This document shows, in pieces, positions 1-8,455 of a stretch of DNA of 64,000 nucleotides. A program made the position numbers and the translations under genes. Numbering within the stretch: position 1 is the first letter of the stretch; each line of letters begins with the position of its first letter. Source of the DNA: Clostridia bacterium (GTDB lineage Bacteria > Bacillota > Clostridia > Christensenellales > CAG-314); assembly GCA_028703495.1 (NCBI GenBank), contig JAQVMT010000002.1, forward strand, positions 85,177-149,176, given 5' to 3'. The notes beneath the pieces are model-generated. The model was not told the DNA's origin, did no database searches, and worked only from the letters and a program-made list of their open reading frames with translations.

Positions 1-2
1 GT

Positions 3-110
3 GCTAACGGGTGTATTAAGTGTGGTAGAACGGATGGGTTTGATCCTAATTCTCAACCACTAGTACCACTTTGGTTTAAAAGATTACAAGAAAAGAAGAT
101 GGGGGTATAA
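3..110 (+). CDS. 3' end of a gene truncated by the window edge (...CIKCGRTDGFDPNSQPLVPLWFKRLQEKKMGV*)
   Basis: Frame 3 is open from the window edge to TAA at 108-110. The stop lies 2 nt before the ATG of the next ORF (113), suggesting co-transcription. Only 35 codons are visible; a CxxC pair hints at a zinc-ribbon tail. Confidence 0.3.
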   Translation, partial: ANGCIKCGRTDGFDPNSQPLVPLWFKRLQEKKMGV

Positions 111-112
111 AA

Positions 113-1069
113 ATGAGACAAGTAAAACTAATAATTGCTATTGTGCTGATTGCGATTTTGTCGCTGTCATTGGTGTCCTGCGTCCGTCCAAACGATGAGG
201 TATTGCAGATACTATATGGCGAAACAGACGGGGCAAGCCTTATGGCTACATCGCCTGACTTGATCGTGCTTCGTCCGAATAGGTTGTATGGCTTTGAAGC
301 TTTGGATGGGTACGACACACGGCTTAACGAAGAGGATGCCGTGCTACATCAAAATAGCTTTGACGACAGTCGATATTTGAAAGCGTACGAGAACAAGAAC
401 GTAAAATTTCACTGCATTGTCGAGGGAAGCATCAACGTCGCGAAGTACAGCCGTTTGTTGAAGCTTTTGATATATGTGAATGATAGCGGGGAAGAAATGA
501 CAATAGGCGAGTGGTTTGAGCTCTATAACCAGGCAAAAGCGCAGTTTGAGGAGTGCGAACTCACCTACAAAGACATAATGAAAAATAACTTCCCAGAAGA
601 AGGCAGTGTTGTTGTAGCTGAGTACTTCAGCGGTGTGAAGAATAATCCTATATGCGAGTACGAGTTTTTAGATGGATACGAGAATGAAAAGGCAGACTAT
701 AAAGCCAAGCTTGCGGCATACGTAGATGCGGTTAAGGATGCTTGCGGCGCGCTTGATCTGTATATAGAGATCGCGACCGAGTACGAGATAGGATTCTTGG
801 AGTCTAAGGGATATGACATTTGCAGTTCGAAGGCGTTCTATTCCAACCTCGATTACGCTGTCAATTACGAAAACCCTCACATAACGATTTGCTATATTGC
901 CGATGTGGATTACAATGGCTTAGTGTGTGTGGGAAAGCAGCTTTGGGGTTGCACAAACGAAATGTCGGAAGCCTCTTGGGTGTTTGGAAAATACATAGTA
1001 TCGCTGACATACGATAATTACACATTGGAAACCGATGCGGCAATAGATATGTCGTGGCGGTCGATATAG
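113..1069 (+). CDS. Putative lipoprotein of unknown function
   Basis: 318-aa ORF. The N-terminus MRQVKLIIAIVLIAILSLSLVSC has a hydrophobic signal sequence ending in a lipobox-like L-V-S-C. No family recognised by eye. Confidence 0.6.
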   Translation: MRQVKLIIAIVLIAILSLSLVSCVRPNDEVLQILYGETDGASLMATSPDLIVLRPNRLYGFEALDGYDTRLNEEDAVLHQNSFDDSRYLKAYENKNVKFHCIVEGSINVAKYSRLLKLLIYVNDSGEEMTIGEWFELYNQAKAQFEECELTYKDIMKNNFPEEGSVVVAEYFSGVKNNPICEYEFLDGYENEKADYKAKLAAYVDAVKDACGALDLYIEIATEYEIGFLESKGYDICSSKAFYSNLDYAVNYENPHITICYIADVDYNGLVCVGKQLWGCTNEMSEASWVFGKYIVSLTYDNYTLETDAAIDMSWRSI

Positions 1070-1523
1070 TTTTTCAACGCTTACTCGATACCGGTACATC
1101 AACGTCTTTTGGTGCTTGCTTATATATGTGGGTTGGTTATTCGAGGTTATCTCATACACGTGATGTGGTTAATCAAAGAAGTACCAAATTGTCCAATCTG
1201 TGCGCTAATTAGTATAGAAATTATTGCGTATCGGAGCGGTAGAGTTGTTTAAATGTCGGTTTATACTGCAATACAGGATTAATCGACATTTAATCGTGCC
1301 GTGATACGCCAAAAAGTCGAATTATTACTTCATTATAAAGCATTGTAATGCGCCAATGATCAGGAGCTGTGCGCATTTTGACGTGTCGTGATACGGTAGA
1401 AGCCGAATAAACAAACACTACAATGTGTTGTAATGTGCCTACGAAACGACATATGGAGCAAGAAAACTCCAAAAACGAAATACTGCGAATATTGTTTTTT
1501 TTCGGCAGATGGGGATTAACGCC

Positions 1524-1553
1524 TTGACAAGGTTGGAAGAAATAGTATATACT
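1524..1553 (+). promoter_or_regulatory. Candidate sigma-A promoter (TTGACA-N18-TATACT) in the long non-coding region upstream of the CofE-like gene
   Basis: TTGACA at 1524-1529 and TATACT at 1548-1553. It would give a leader of about 220 nt. Confidence 0.3.
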
Positions 1554-1775
1554 GACCGCTGTTGAAAAAATCGGAATCGGTATTCGGTTTTCGATTGGCA
1601 GTAGATAACGCTTATACAAAAAATCTAACCGACGGACTTGATGTTTTGCAACGGTCGTGCTTTTTCGACTGTTTGATGCAACATAAGGTGCGTGGGGTTT
1701 TATTTGTTTAAAATCCTATCCTCGTTCGGTAAAACTTATATAGGCGTTATGCGATTAAGCGTCAAGGAGGATACA

Positions 1776-2960
1776 ATGGCAGGTACTATCTCGAGAGGAA
1801 TCAAAGCCCCGATAATAACCAAGGGCGACGATATTGTAAAAATCGTGTGCGAAAGTGTGCTTTCGAGTGCGATGAAAGACGGTTTTCAATTAAAAGAAAA
1901 AGACGTGGTTGCGGTGACCGAAGCCGTAGTGGCGAGGGCTGACGGGAACTATGCGACCGTCGACAACATCGCTAAAGATATTCATGGTAAGTTTGGCGAC
2001 GAAGTAGCCGTAGTCTTTCCGATACTTAGCAGAAACAGATTTGCGGTTTGCTTAAAGGGTATAGCAAGAGGCGTTAAAAAGGTTATTTTAGTATTGAGTT
2101 ATCCCTCCGATGAGGTGGGTAATCATCTGTTTGATGCCGATCTTGTCGATGATAGCGGCGTAAATCCGTACAGTGACTGCCTTACTCTTGATGCATACAG
2201 AGCCATATTCGGCTATAATGTGCATGGCTTTACGGGTGTTGACTATGTAGAGTATTACAAATCGCTTATAGAGAGCGAAGGTGCGCAAGCTGTTGTGTTG
2301 TTTTCGAATAAAGCTCGTGTTGCTTTGGATTACACAAAAAATATTTTGTGTTGCGACATTCACACAAGAGAAAGGACCAAGCGCAGGCTGCTTGCCGTCT
2401 GTCCCGATGCTAATGTGTTGAAGCTTGACAATATTATGAACTTTTCGGTGGACGGAAGCGGATTCAATGCCGAGTACGGTTTATTGGGCTCGAATAAAGC
2501 TACGGAAAACAGCGTTAAACTATTTCCCAAGAATGCGGACGAAATAGCACACGGAATTCAAAAGGAATTGCTTAGAATTACCGGCGTTAAGGTTGAAGCT
2601 ATGGTATATGGCGACGGTGCTTTTAAGGATCCGGTGGGCAAGATTTGGGAGCTTGCGGATCCTGTTGTGGGTGTCGGATTTACCGAAGGGCTCAACGGCG
2701 TTCCCAATGAGTTGAAGCTGAAGTTTTTAGCGGATAACGATTACGGCGAATTGAGAGGTGACGAGCTCAAATGTGCCATTACAGATCGAATCAAGAACAA
2801 GAAGGGAAGTTTGAAAGGTAATATGGTCAGCGAAGGTACTACGCCCAGAAGATTGACCGATTTATTAGGCTCGCTTTGTGATCTTACTAGCGGAAGTGGC
2901 GACAAAGGTACGCCCATTGTTGTAATTCAAAACTATTTTAATGATTATTCGATAGACTGA
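1776..2960 (+). CDS. CofE-like protein (F420-0:gamma-glutamyl ligase family fold), function unknown in this context
   Basis: The ORF track starts at 1692, but the ATG at 1776 follows AAGGAGG (1765-1771). The N-terminus ...ITKGDDIVKIVCESV...LKEKDVVAVTEAVVARADGNY resembles the CofE N-terminal motif pattern (GDDl...dgDivvvs.KvvskaEGr). Confidence 0.55.
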   Translation: MAGTISRGIKAPIITKGDDIVKIVCESVLSSAMKDGFQLKEKDVVAVTEAVVARADGNYATVDNIAKDIHGKFGDEVAVVFPILSRNRFAVCLKGIARGVKKVILVLSYPSDEVGNHLFDADLVDDSGVNPYSDCLTLDAYRAIFGYNVHGFTGVDYVEYYKSLIESEGAQAVVLFSNKARVALDYTKNILCCDIHTRERTKRRLLAVCPDANVLKLDNIMNFSVDGSGFNAEYGLLGSNKATENSVKLFPKNADEIAHGIQKELLRITGVKVEAMVYGDGAFKDPVGKIWELADPVVGVGFTEGLNGVPNELKLKFLADNDYGELRGDELKCAITDRIKNKKGSLKGNMVSEGTTPRRLTDLLGSLCDLTSGSGDKGTPIVVIQNYFNDYSID

Positions 2961-3115
2961 TTTTTATTGTTGTGTTATAATATGATTGCTGTTTAGGTTT
3001 ACCGCGTCGCCCACATATCAAACGACGGCGCGGCAAATTGGACTGTACAGTCCGAAATCGCCCTCGATACGTGCATATTTTGCATATTGTTCAATAATTG
3101 ATTTTTGAGGATTTG

Positions 3116-3505
3116 ATGATGTTTTTAGAAAAAATGGAAGAAGCCGATGTGAAGCAACTCAATCCTTTGGTGCTTGCTTATGTCGGAGATGCCGTGATGA
3201 CTCTTTATGTACGGTGCAGACAGGCTAGAACTAGCGATGCCAAAGCTAACGCATTGCATGTAGGAGCGGCGAAGCTTATCAATGCGACAAATCAGGCACG
3301 TTTTTTGGAGCTTGTACACGAAAGACTTACCGAAACCGAAAGTGAGATTTTTCGGAGAGCCAGAAACTCAAAGCAGCATACCACCGCGAAGAATGCCAAG
3401 GTGGAGGACTATAAAAAAGCCAGTGGTTTAGAGGGCGTATTGGGGTATTTGTATTTAACGGGCGATTTCGAGCGGATTAATGACTTACTTGAAGGCTTTA
3501 TGTAA
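3116..3505 (+). CDS. mrnC: Mini-ribonuclease 3 (Mini-III, 23S rRNA maturation)
   Basis: QLNPLVLAYVGDAVMTLYVR matches the Mini-III N-terminal signature (LAYIGDA). It sits immediately upstream of rlmB and sigH as in Bacillus. Start chosen at the ATG 4 nt after GAGGA. Confidence 0.8.
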   Translation: MMFLEKMEEADVKQLNPLVLAYVGDAVMTLYVRCRQARTSDAKANALHVGAAKLINATNQARFLELVHERLTETESEIFRRARNSKQHTTAKNAKVEDYKKASGLEGVLGYLYLTGDFERINDLLEGFM

Positions 3506-3516
3506 AGGGGATATAA

Positions 3517-4230
3517 ATGAAAATACAGGGAAAGAACGCTGTAAGCGAAGCTATAAAAAGCGGTACTACGATAGACGTAGTATTTGCCGAAAAGGGTACC
3601 GCGCATCCGATTATTGCGATGTGCAGGGAAAAAGGCATTAAACTTAAGTTCGTTGACAAGTATTATTTGGATAAAGAAAGCTTTGACGGAAAGCATCAGG
3701 GCTTTATTGCGCACATATCCGAATTTGAGTATTCGGAGGTTGAGGATATTCTTGCGGTTGCCGAGGAAAGACAGGAGCCTCATTTTATCGTAATCCTAGA
3801 CGGCATTCTGGATCCGCACAATCTCGGAAGTATACTTCGGGTATGCGAATGTGCGGGTGTTCATGGAGTGATTATCGGAAAGGATCGCGCTGTTCCCGTT
3901 AACGAAACGGTCATAAAGACGTCTGCCGGGGCGACGAGCTATATGAAGGTTGCACGCGTTGTTAACATCAATAGGGTTATTAAGGAGCTGCAGCAAAAGA
4001 ACATTTGGGTTTACTGCGCGGACATGGACGGAGAGGATCTGTTTAAATCCGACTTGCGCGGTAATTTAGCTTTGGTAATCGGCGGTGAAGGTAATGGCGT
4101 TGGAAAGCTGATAAAGGACAGTTGCGACAAGGTAGTAAGTATAGGACTACACGGCAAGGTGGATTCGTTGAACGCGTCTGTTGCTTGCGGAGTCGTTGTA
4201 TACGAAGCTTTGCGCCAAAGAAAGTTGTAA
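3517..4230 (+). CDS. rlmB: 23S rRNA (guanosine-2'-O)-methyltransferase, SpoU/TrmH family (RlmB/YacO-like)
   Basis: SpoU-type motifs are present (ILDGILDPHNLGSILRVCECAGV, LVIGGEGNGV, SLNASVACGVVVYE). It has the conserved position between mrnC and sigH. Confidence 0.8.
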   Translation: MKIQGKNAVSEAIKSGTTIDVVFAEKGTAHPIIAMCREKGIKLKFVDKYYLDKESFDGKHQGFIAHISEFEYSEVEDILAVAEERQEPHFIVILDGILDPHNLGSILRVCECAGVHGVIIGKDRAVPVNETVIKTSAGATSYMKVARVVNINRVIKELQQKNIWVYCADMDGEDLFKSDLRGNLALVIGGEGNGVGKLIKDSCDKVVSIGLHGKVDSLNASVACGVVVYEALRQRKL

Positions 4231-4384
4231 TATTCCGCGGTTTGAGTTGCGTTTTAATTGCTTTGTCAAGATCTCAAGAATTAAAACCATGGTGTGATTA
4301 CGCTCAAAGAGGCTTCTAATATAACAAACTTGAAACAGATAAGTTATGTCAATGAATGTTTTAGACCGTCAGTCGGAGGTGTTT

Positions 4385-4945
4385 ATGATAAGTCGAGAGC
4401 TTTTGGAAAAAGCTAAGCAAAACGACGAAAGGGCTGTCGAGGAAGTCTTCGAATGTTTCAAGCCGTTGTTCAGAAAACTTACGCGAAGTTTTCATATATT
4501 GGGAAGTGACGACGATGATGTGATTCAGGAAGGAATGCTGGGGCTTTACCTTGCGATAACTTCTTACAACTTTGAGGAAACTGCTACGTTCGAGACTTTC
4601 GCAATAAAATGCATATACAGAAAGATATACAACGCCATAAGCAAAGCCAACTCCCAAAAAAACAGACCAATCAATAACTCGGTCAACATCGACGAAATAA
4701 GTGACCTAGTTTTTACGGGAAACGATCCGATGGACTTAATTTTGAAAAAAGAGCTTCAAGAACGGTTTTCCGACATTTTAGAGTTTAAGCTTAGCAAGAT
4801 CGAGAGTAACGTTACAAAGCTTTTTATGGAGGGCTACACCTATCAGGAAATTGCAGACAAATTGAATACCGAAGTTAAAGCCGTTGATAATGCTCTGTTT
4901 AGATCAAGAAAAAAGATACAAAAGAATCTAAGCGATACTTTGTAA
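4385..4945 (+). CDS. sigH: RNA polymerase sigma factor, SigH-like (sigma-70 family)
   Basis: DDDDVIQEGMLGLYLAITSYNFEETATFETFAIKCIYRKIYNAI and the C-terminal YQEIADKLNTEVKAVDNALFRSRKKI align by eye with B. subtilis SigH regions 2 and 4. Start at the ATG 4 nt after GGAGGT. Synteny is mrnC-rlmB-sigH. Confidence 0.75.
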   Translation: MISRELLEKAKQNDERAVEEVFECFKPLFRKLTRSFHILGSDDDDVIQEGMLGLYLAITSYNFEETATFETFAIKCIYRKIYNAISKANSQKNRPINNSVNIDEISDLVFTGNDPMDLILKKELQERFSDILEFKLSKIESNVTKLFMEGYTYQEIADKLNTEVKAVDNALFRSRKKIQKNLSDTL

Positions 4946-5176
4946 TTAATCTCGTGTTATTAATATATCGGAGTCGAACGTCGCAATATAAGGGTGCTAG
5001 AAGTATGGAATGTTTGCACATTGAGATTTAAAATGTATTTGTTCATGCTAAGGGAAAAGCAGTAGAGGGTTGATTCAAAGTCGATAAGAATTGAATTTTT
5101 AGCCCTGCTTTAGCGTATTCATGCAAAAAATGAATATGAGCAGAGTCGATTATAATCGAATTTCAAAGGGGGATAA

Positions 5177-6697
5177 ATGGCGTATCTTGCATTATATAGA
5201 AAATATCGTCCCAAAAGTTTTGACGAAGTGATCGGACAGGAGCATATAACGAGAACGCTCGTTAATCAAATCCGCAACGGAAGAATCGGACACGCATATC
5301 TGTTCACTGGAACGAGAGGAATCGGAAAAACCACAGTCGCGAGGATATTGGCGAGGGCGGTCAACTGTCAAAGCCCTGACGGAAAGCTTCCTTGCGGAAG
5401 GTGCGAGGTATGTAAAACGCTCGAAGCGGGAAATATCGATATTGTGGAGTTGGACGGCGCAAGCAACAACCGAGTGGACGAGGTTAGGGAGTTGAGAGAA
5501 AGCGTTGCCTATCCCGCAACCATTGGTAAATACAAGGTGTATATTATCGATGAGGTGCATATGCTTACGGGGAGTGCCTTTAACGCTCTTTTAAAAACGG
5601 TTGAGGAACCGCCCGAGTATGTGATTTTCATTCTTTGCACGACCGAAGCGCATAAGATACCGCAGACAATTTTAAGCCGCTGTATGAGGTTCGACTTTAG
5701 GCTTGTCAGCGTGGCGGACTTGGAAAAACTGATTGTCAAGCTGTTAGCGGATGTAGGAAAAGAAGCAGATGACACTGCTGTTCACCTGATTGCGTCGCTT
5801 GCAGAAGGAAGTGTAAGGGATGCGCTCAGCAATTTGGATAGGTGCCTACTCATCAGCGAGGGCAGATTAAAGTACGAGGATGCATTGCTTGCTTTGGGAG
5901 CTACAGATATTCGCACAATTTACGGTTTGGGTAGGGCAATATTGACCGGCGATGCCGTGAAGGTAGTAAAGGAAGCCGAGGAACTCAAAAGTATCGGTAA
6001 GAATTTCTCCACGCTTTCTAGAGAACTTGCCGCCTATTTCAGAAATTTGGCGTTAGTTCATTTAGATAAAAACGCAAATATAGTTTTGCAGTTGCCTTCG
6101 GAGCATTTCTCGATTTTACAGGAAGATGCTAAGCTCGCCGATACTCAAAAGAATCTAGATTGCGCCGAGCTCTTCGGAAAGGCGGAAGGAGAGCTGCGGT
6201 ACAGCATTTCTCCGTCGGTGACATTTGAAACGGCGGCGTTGAAGGCGTGTCTCGGTTATTCGCAGGCTGACGTCTTCTCGTTGGAAAAGCGCGTTAAGTA
6301 TTTGGAAAAGGCGGTCGGAGAAGGCGTAAAAAAAAACTTGATTGAAGCCGACCGGCCACAGACAATAGCCACGAAGGATGATCGCGAGGTCGAATACGAT
6401 GCGGTTTCGCTTTGGAGTAAGGTATTAAAGAGCGTTAAACAAGATGGCGGATTGATTTACGAAACGCTTAAAGAGATCAATGATGTAAGCTTTATTCGCG
6501 GAGTATTGACGCTAAGTTGTGGTCAAGTCGCATATACTATGCTCTCGACCGGCGATAATAATACAAGATTGATCAATGCGGTTAACGAGTATACCAAAGC
6601 AAAAGTTGAACTTGTTTGCGTTTCAGCCGTAGACAAGAAAGCGGACAGTATGAAAAAACTTGAAGTGTTGGCTGAAGGAAAGCTAACGGTTATTTAG
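5177..6697 (+). CDS. dnaX: DNA polymerase III subunit gamma/tau
   Basis: ALYRKYRPKSFDEVIGQEHI, Walker A GTRGIGKTT, the zinc module CQSPDGKLPCGRCEVC, DEVHML and SRC motifs. An A9 tract lies at 6328-6336 (see findings). Confidence 0.92.
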   Translation: MAYLALYRKYRPKSFDEVIGQEHITRTLVNQIRNGRIGHAYLFTGTRGIGKTTVARILARAVNCQSPDGKLPCGRCEVCKTLEAGNIDIVELDGASNNRVDEVRELRESVAYPATIGKYKVYIIDEVHMLTGSAFNALLKTVEEPPEYVIFILCTTEAHKIPQTILSRCMRFDFRLVSVADLEKLIVKLLADVGKEADDTAVHLIASLAEGSVRDALSNLDRCLLISEGRLKYEDALLALGATDIRTIYGLGRAILTGDAVKVVKEAEELKSIGKNFSTLSRELAAYFRNLALVHLDKNANIVLQLPSEHFSILQEDAKLADTQKNLDCAELFGKAEGELRYSISPSVTFETAALKACLGYSQADVFSLEKRVKYLEKAVGEGVKKNLIEADRPQTIATKDDREVEYDAVSLWSKVLKSVKQDGGLIYETLKEINDVSFIRGVLTLSCGQVAYTMLSTGDNNTRLINAVNEYTKAKVELVCVSAVDKKADSMKKLEVLAEGKLTVI

Positions 6698-6962
6698 TAG
6701 TAATACTGCGTGTTCGGTGGAAACTTGAAAGAATATAGCGACACACCATGCAACTGCATGCGCCTCTCTCTTAAGTCACGTACGAGAGAGTACGCTTCTG
6801 TCGTTCATCGGCAACGGCTGTCGCAATCTGCACCACTCTCTTCTTTCAAGAATTTTTATAAGGAATTAATACATATAAGCTTGAACATGTTCCTTACGAA
6901 GCCGATGGCAGGGATATAATGAATAATTTGTTACAATATAAACGGATTTTAGAGGTGAAATA

Positions 6963-7283
6963 ATGGCAAAAAATAATTTTGGCGGACCTAATATGAGTCA
7001 GTTGATGAAGCAGGCTACTCAAATGCAACAAAAGCTTGAAGAGGCTCAAAAGGAATTGAGCGAGATTGAGTGCGAGGGTGAGTCTGGCAACGGACTAGTA
7101 GTTGTAACTTTGAGCGGAAATAAAGAATTTCTGCGCATTAAAATTAGTCCTGATGCTCTTGACAAGGATGATGTCGAAATGCTTGAGGATTTGATTATCG
7201 CTGCATACAACGACGCTTCGGCGTGTGCGGATGAGGTCCAAGAGGAAATAATGCCAAAGGGTATGGGCAACGGGCTGTTTTAG
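6963..7283 (+). CDS. ybaB: Nucleoid-associated protein YbaB/EbfC
   Basis: 106 aa. MSQLMKQATQMQQKLEEAQKEL...GLVVVTLSGNKEFLRIKISPD is typical of the YbaB family. It is downstream of dnaX. Confidence 0.9.
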   Translation: MAKNNFGGPNMSQLMKQATQMQQKLEEAQKELSEIECEGESGNGLVVVTLSGNKEFLRIKISPDALDKDDVEMLEDLIIAAYNDASACADEVQEEIMPKGMGNGLF

Positions 7284-7504
7284 ACAAATCCTCCTTTTCT
7301 GCGCCATATTTTATTCCAAAGCATACTGAACCAGAAATAGCAGCGGAGAAGACTAGAATTAAATTCATCGTGTGATGCGGGCTATGTGTATCTTGCCTTG
7401 GTCGTGTATGTCAATATACGCTCCCTTCGGTCAAAGAGCTACCAGTTGCCCGCTTAGCGCGACTTTTTCCCAAGTAGTTTTTGTGACGGAGGTCATATAT
7501 TAAT

Positions 7505-8299
7505 ATGGATAACGGAATCGAACTGTATCTAATTGATTTAGACGGTACAGTTTATGTGGATGACAGCTTAATTGAGGGCGCGGTTGATGCTCTTGAAAGA
7601 ATACGCAGACACGGAAAGAAGCTGTGCTTTTTAACAAATAATTCCAGCAGAAGCAACTCGGAATATGTTGAGAAGCTCAAAAGGCTGGGTATAAGTGTTG
7701 ACAGTGACGAGGTGTACACCTCGGGCGAGGCAGCGGCTTACTTTTTGAAACATAGCTACGCTAACCGACGTATTTTTGTGGTAGGTACGACAGCTTTTAA
7801 GCAAGAGCTTATACAAAAGGGTATTGATGTTTGTGATTTTGACGGCGCTATGGACTGTGAAAAGCCCGATGCTGTTCTTTTGGGCTTTGACACGACGTTG
7901 ACCTATGACAAATTAGCTCGATTATGTGCCTACTTATTCAGAGGAGTTGACTTTATCGTTACGCATATGGACGATGTTTGTCCCGCAAAGCCATATTATA
8001 TTCCCGACGTCGGCAGCTTTGTCGAATTGATTTACAAAACCACTAAGGTTTTACCTAAATTTAACTGTGGAAAGCCAGAAGGTATTATGGCTGACGCAGT
8101 AAAAGCAAAATTTAATCTGCCGTCGAACAAGATTGCAATGGTCGGCGACAGGCTCAACACCGATATCGCGTTTGCTGTCAATAACGGATTTACTAGTATA
8201 TTGGTTCTAAGCGGCGAAACCGATACCGAGCTTTATGCAAAGTCGGGAATAAAAGCCGACATTGTTTTGCGTAGCATAGCCGAAATCGAAAGGAATTAA
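7505..8299 (+). CDS. HAD-IIA family sugar-phosphate phosphatase (NagD-like)
   Basis: DLDGTVY motif I, FLTNNSS motif II and GKP...MVGDRLNTDI motifs III/IV are characteristic of HAD subfamily IIA. Confidence 0.7.
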   Translation: MDNGIELYLIDLDGTVYVDDSLIEGAVDALERIRRHGKKLCFLTNNSSRSNSEYVEKLKRLGISVDSDEVYTSGEAAAYFLKHSYANRRIFVVGTTAFKQELIQKGIDVCDFDGAMDCEKPDAVLLGFDTTLTYDKLARLCAYLFRGVDFIVTHMDDVCPAKPYYIPDVGSFVELIYKTTKVLPKFNCGKPEGIMADAVKAKFNLPSNKIAMVGDRLNTDIAFAVNNGFTSILVLSGETDTELYAKSGIKADIVLRSIAEIERN

Positions 8300-8455
8300 A
8301 AAAATAATTAATATGCCCCTTCGAAATCATATACCGATATTTGACTAATCTAACTAGTGTTAGCCCATTCGACATTATCGGAAAAGTTTTATTGATGTTT
8401 GTTAGATCGGTACGCAATTTGTCTGAGGTAGGGCAGTGTTTAATGGAGGAGTATT

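Noticed and set aside
1290-1619. 109-aa minus-strand ORF covering the non-coding region upstream of the CofE-like gene
   Set aside because: It has no RBS, an odd composition and no recognisable family. It simply spans the tandem-motif region; the repeated VSRH in its translation reflects the DNA repeat. I treat it as spurious.
4946-5176. Possible SRP (scRNA) gene upstream of dnaX, as in B. subtilis
   Set aside because: There is an imperfect hairpin (CATGCTAAGGGAAAAGCAG...CCCTGCTTTAGC...CATG). However, I see no GNRA-capped helix 8 or the conserved GGAAG-CAGCC-type domain IV motif. A covariance-model scan is needed. Not called.
6710-6919. 69-aa ORF in the dnaX-ybaB spacer
   Set aside because: GTG start without an RBS, an Arg/Ser-rich translation and no family resemblance. 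It is more likely non-coding.
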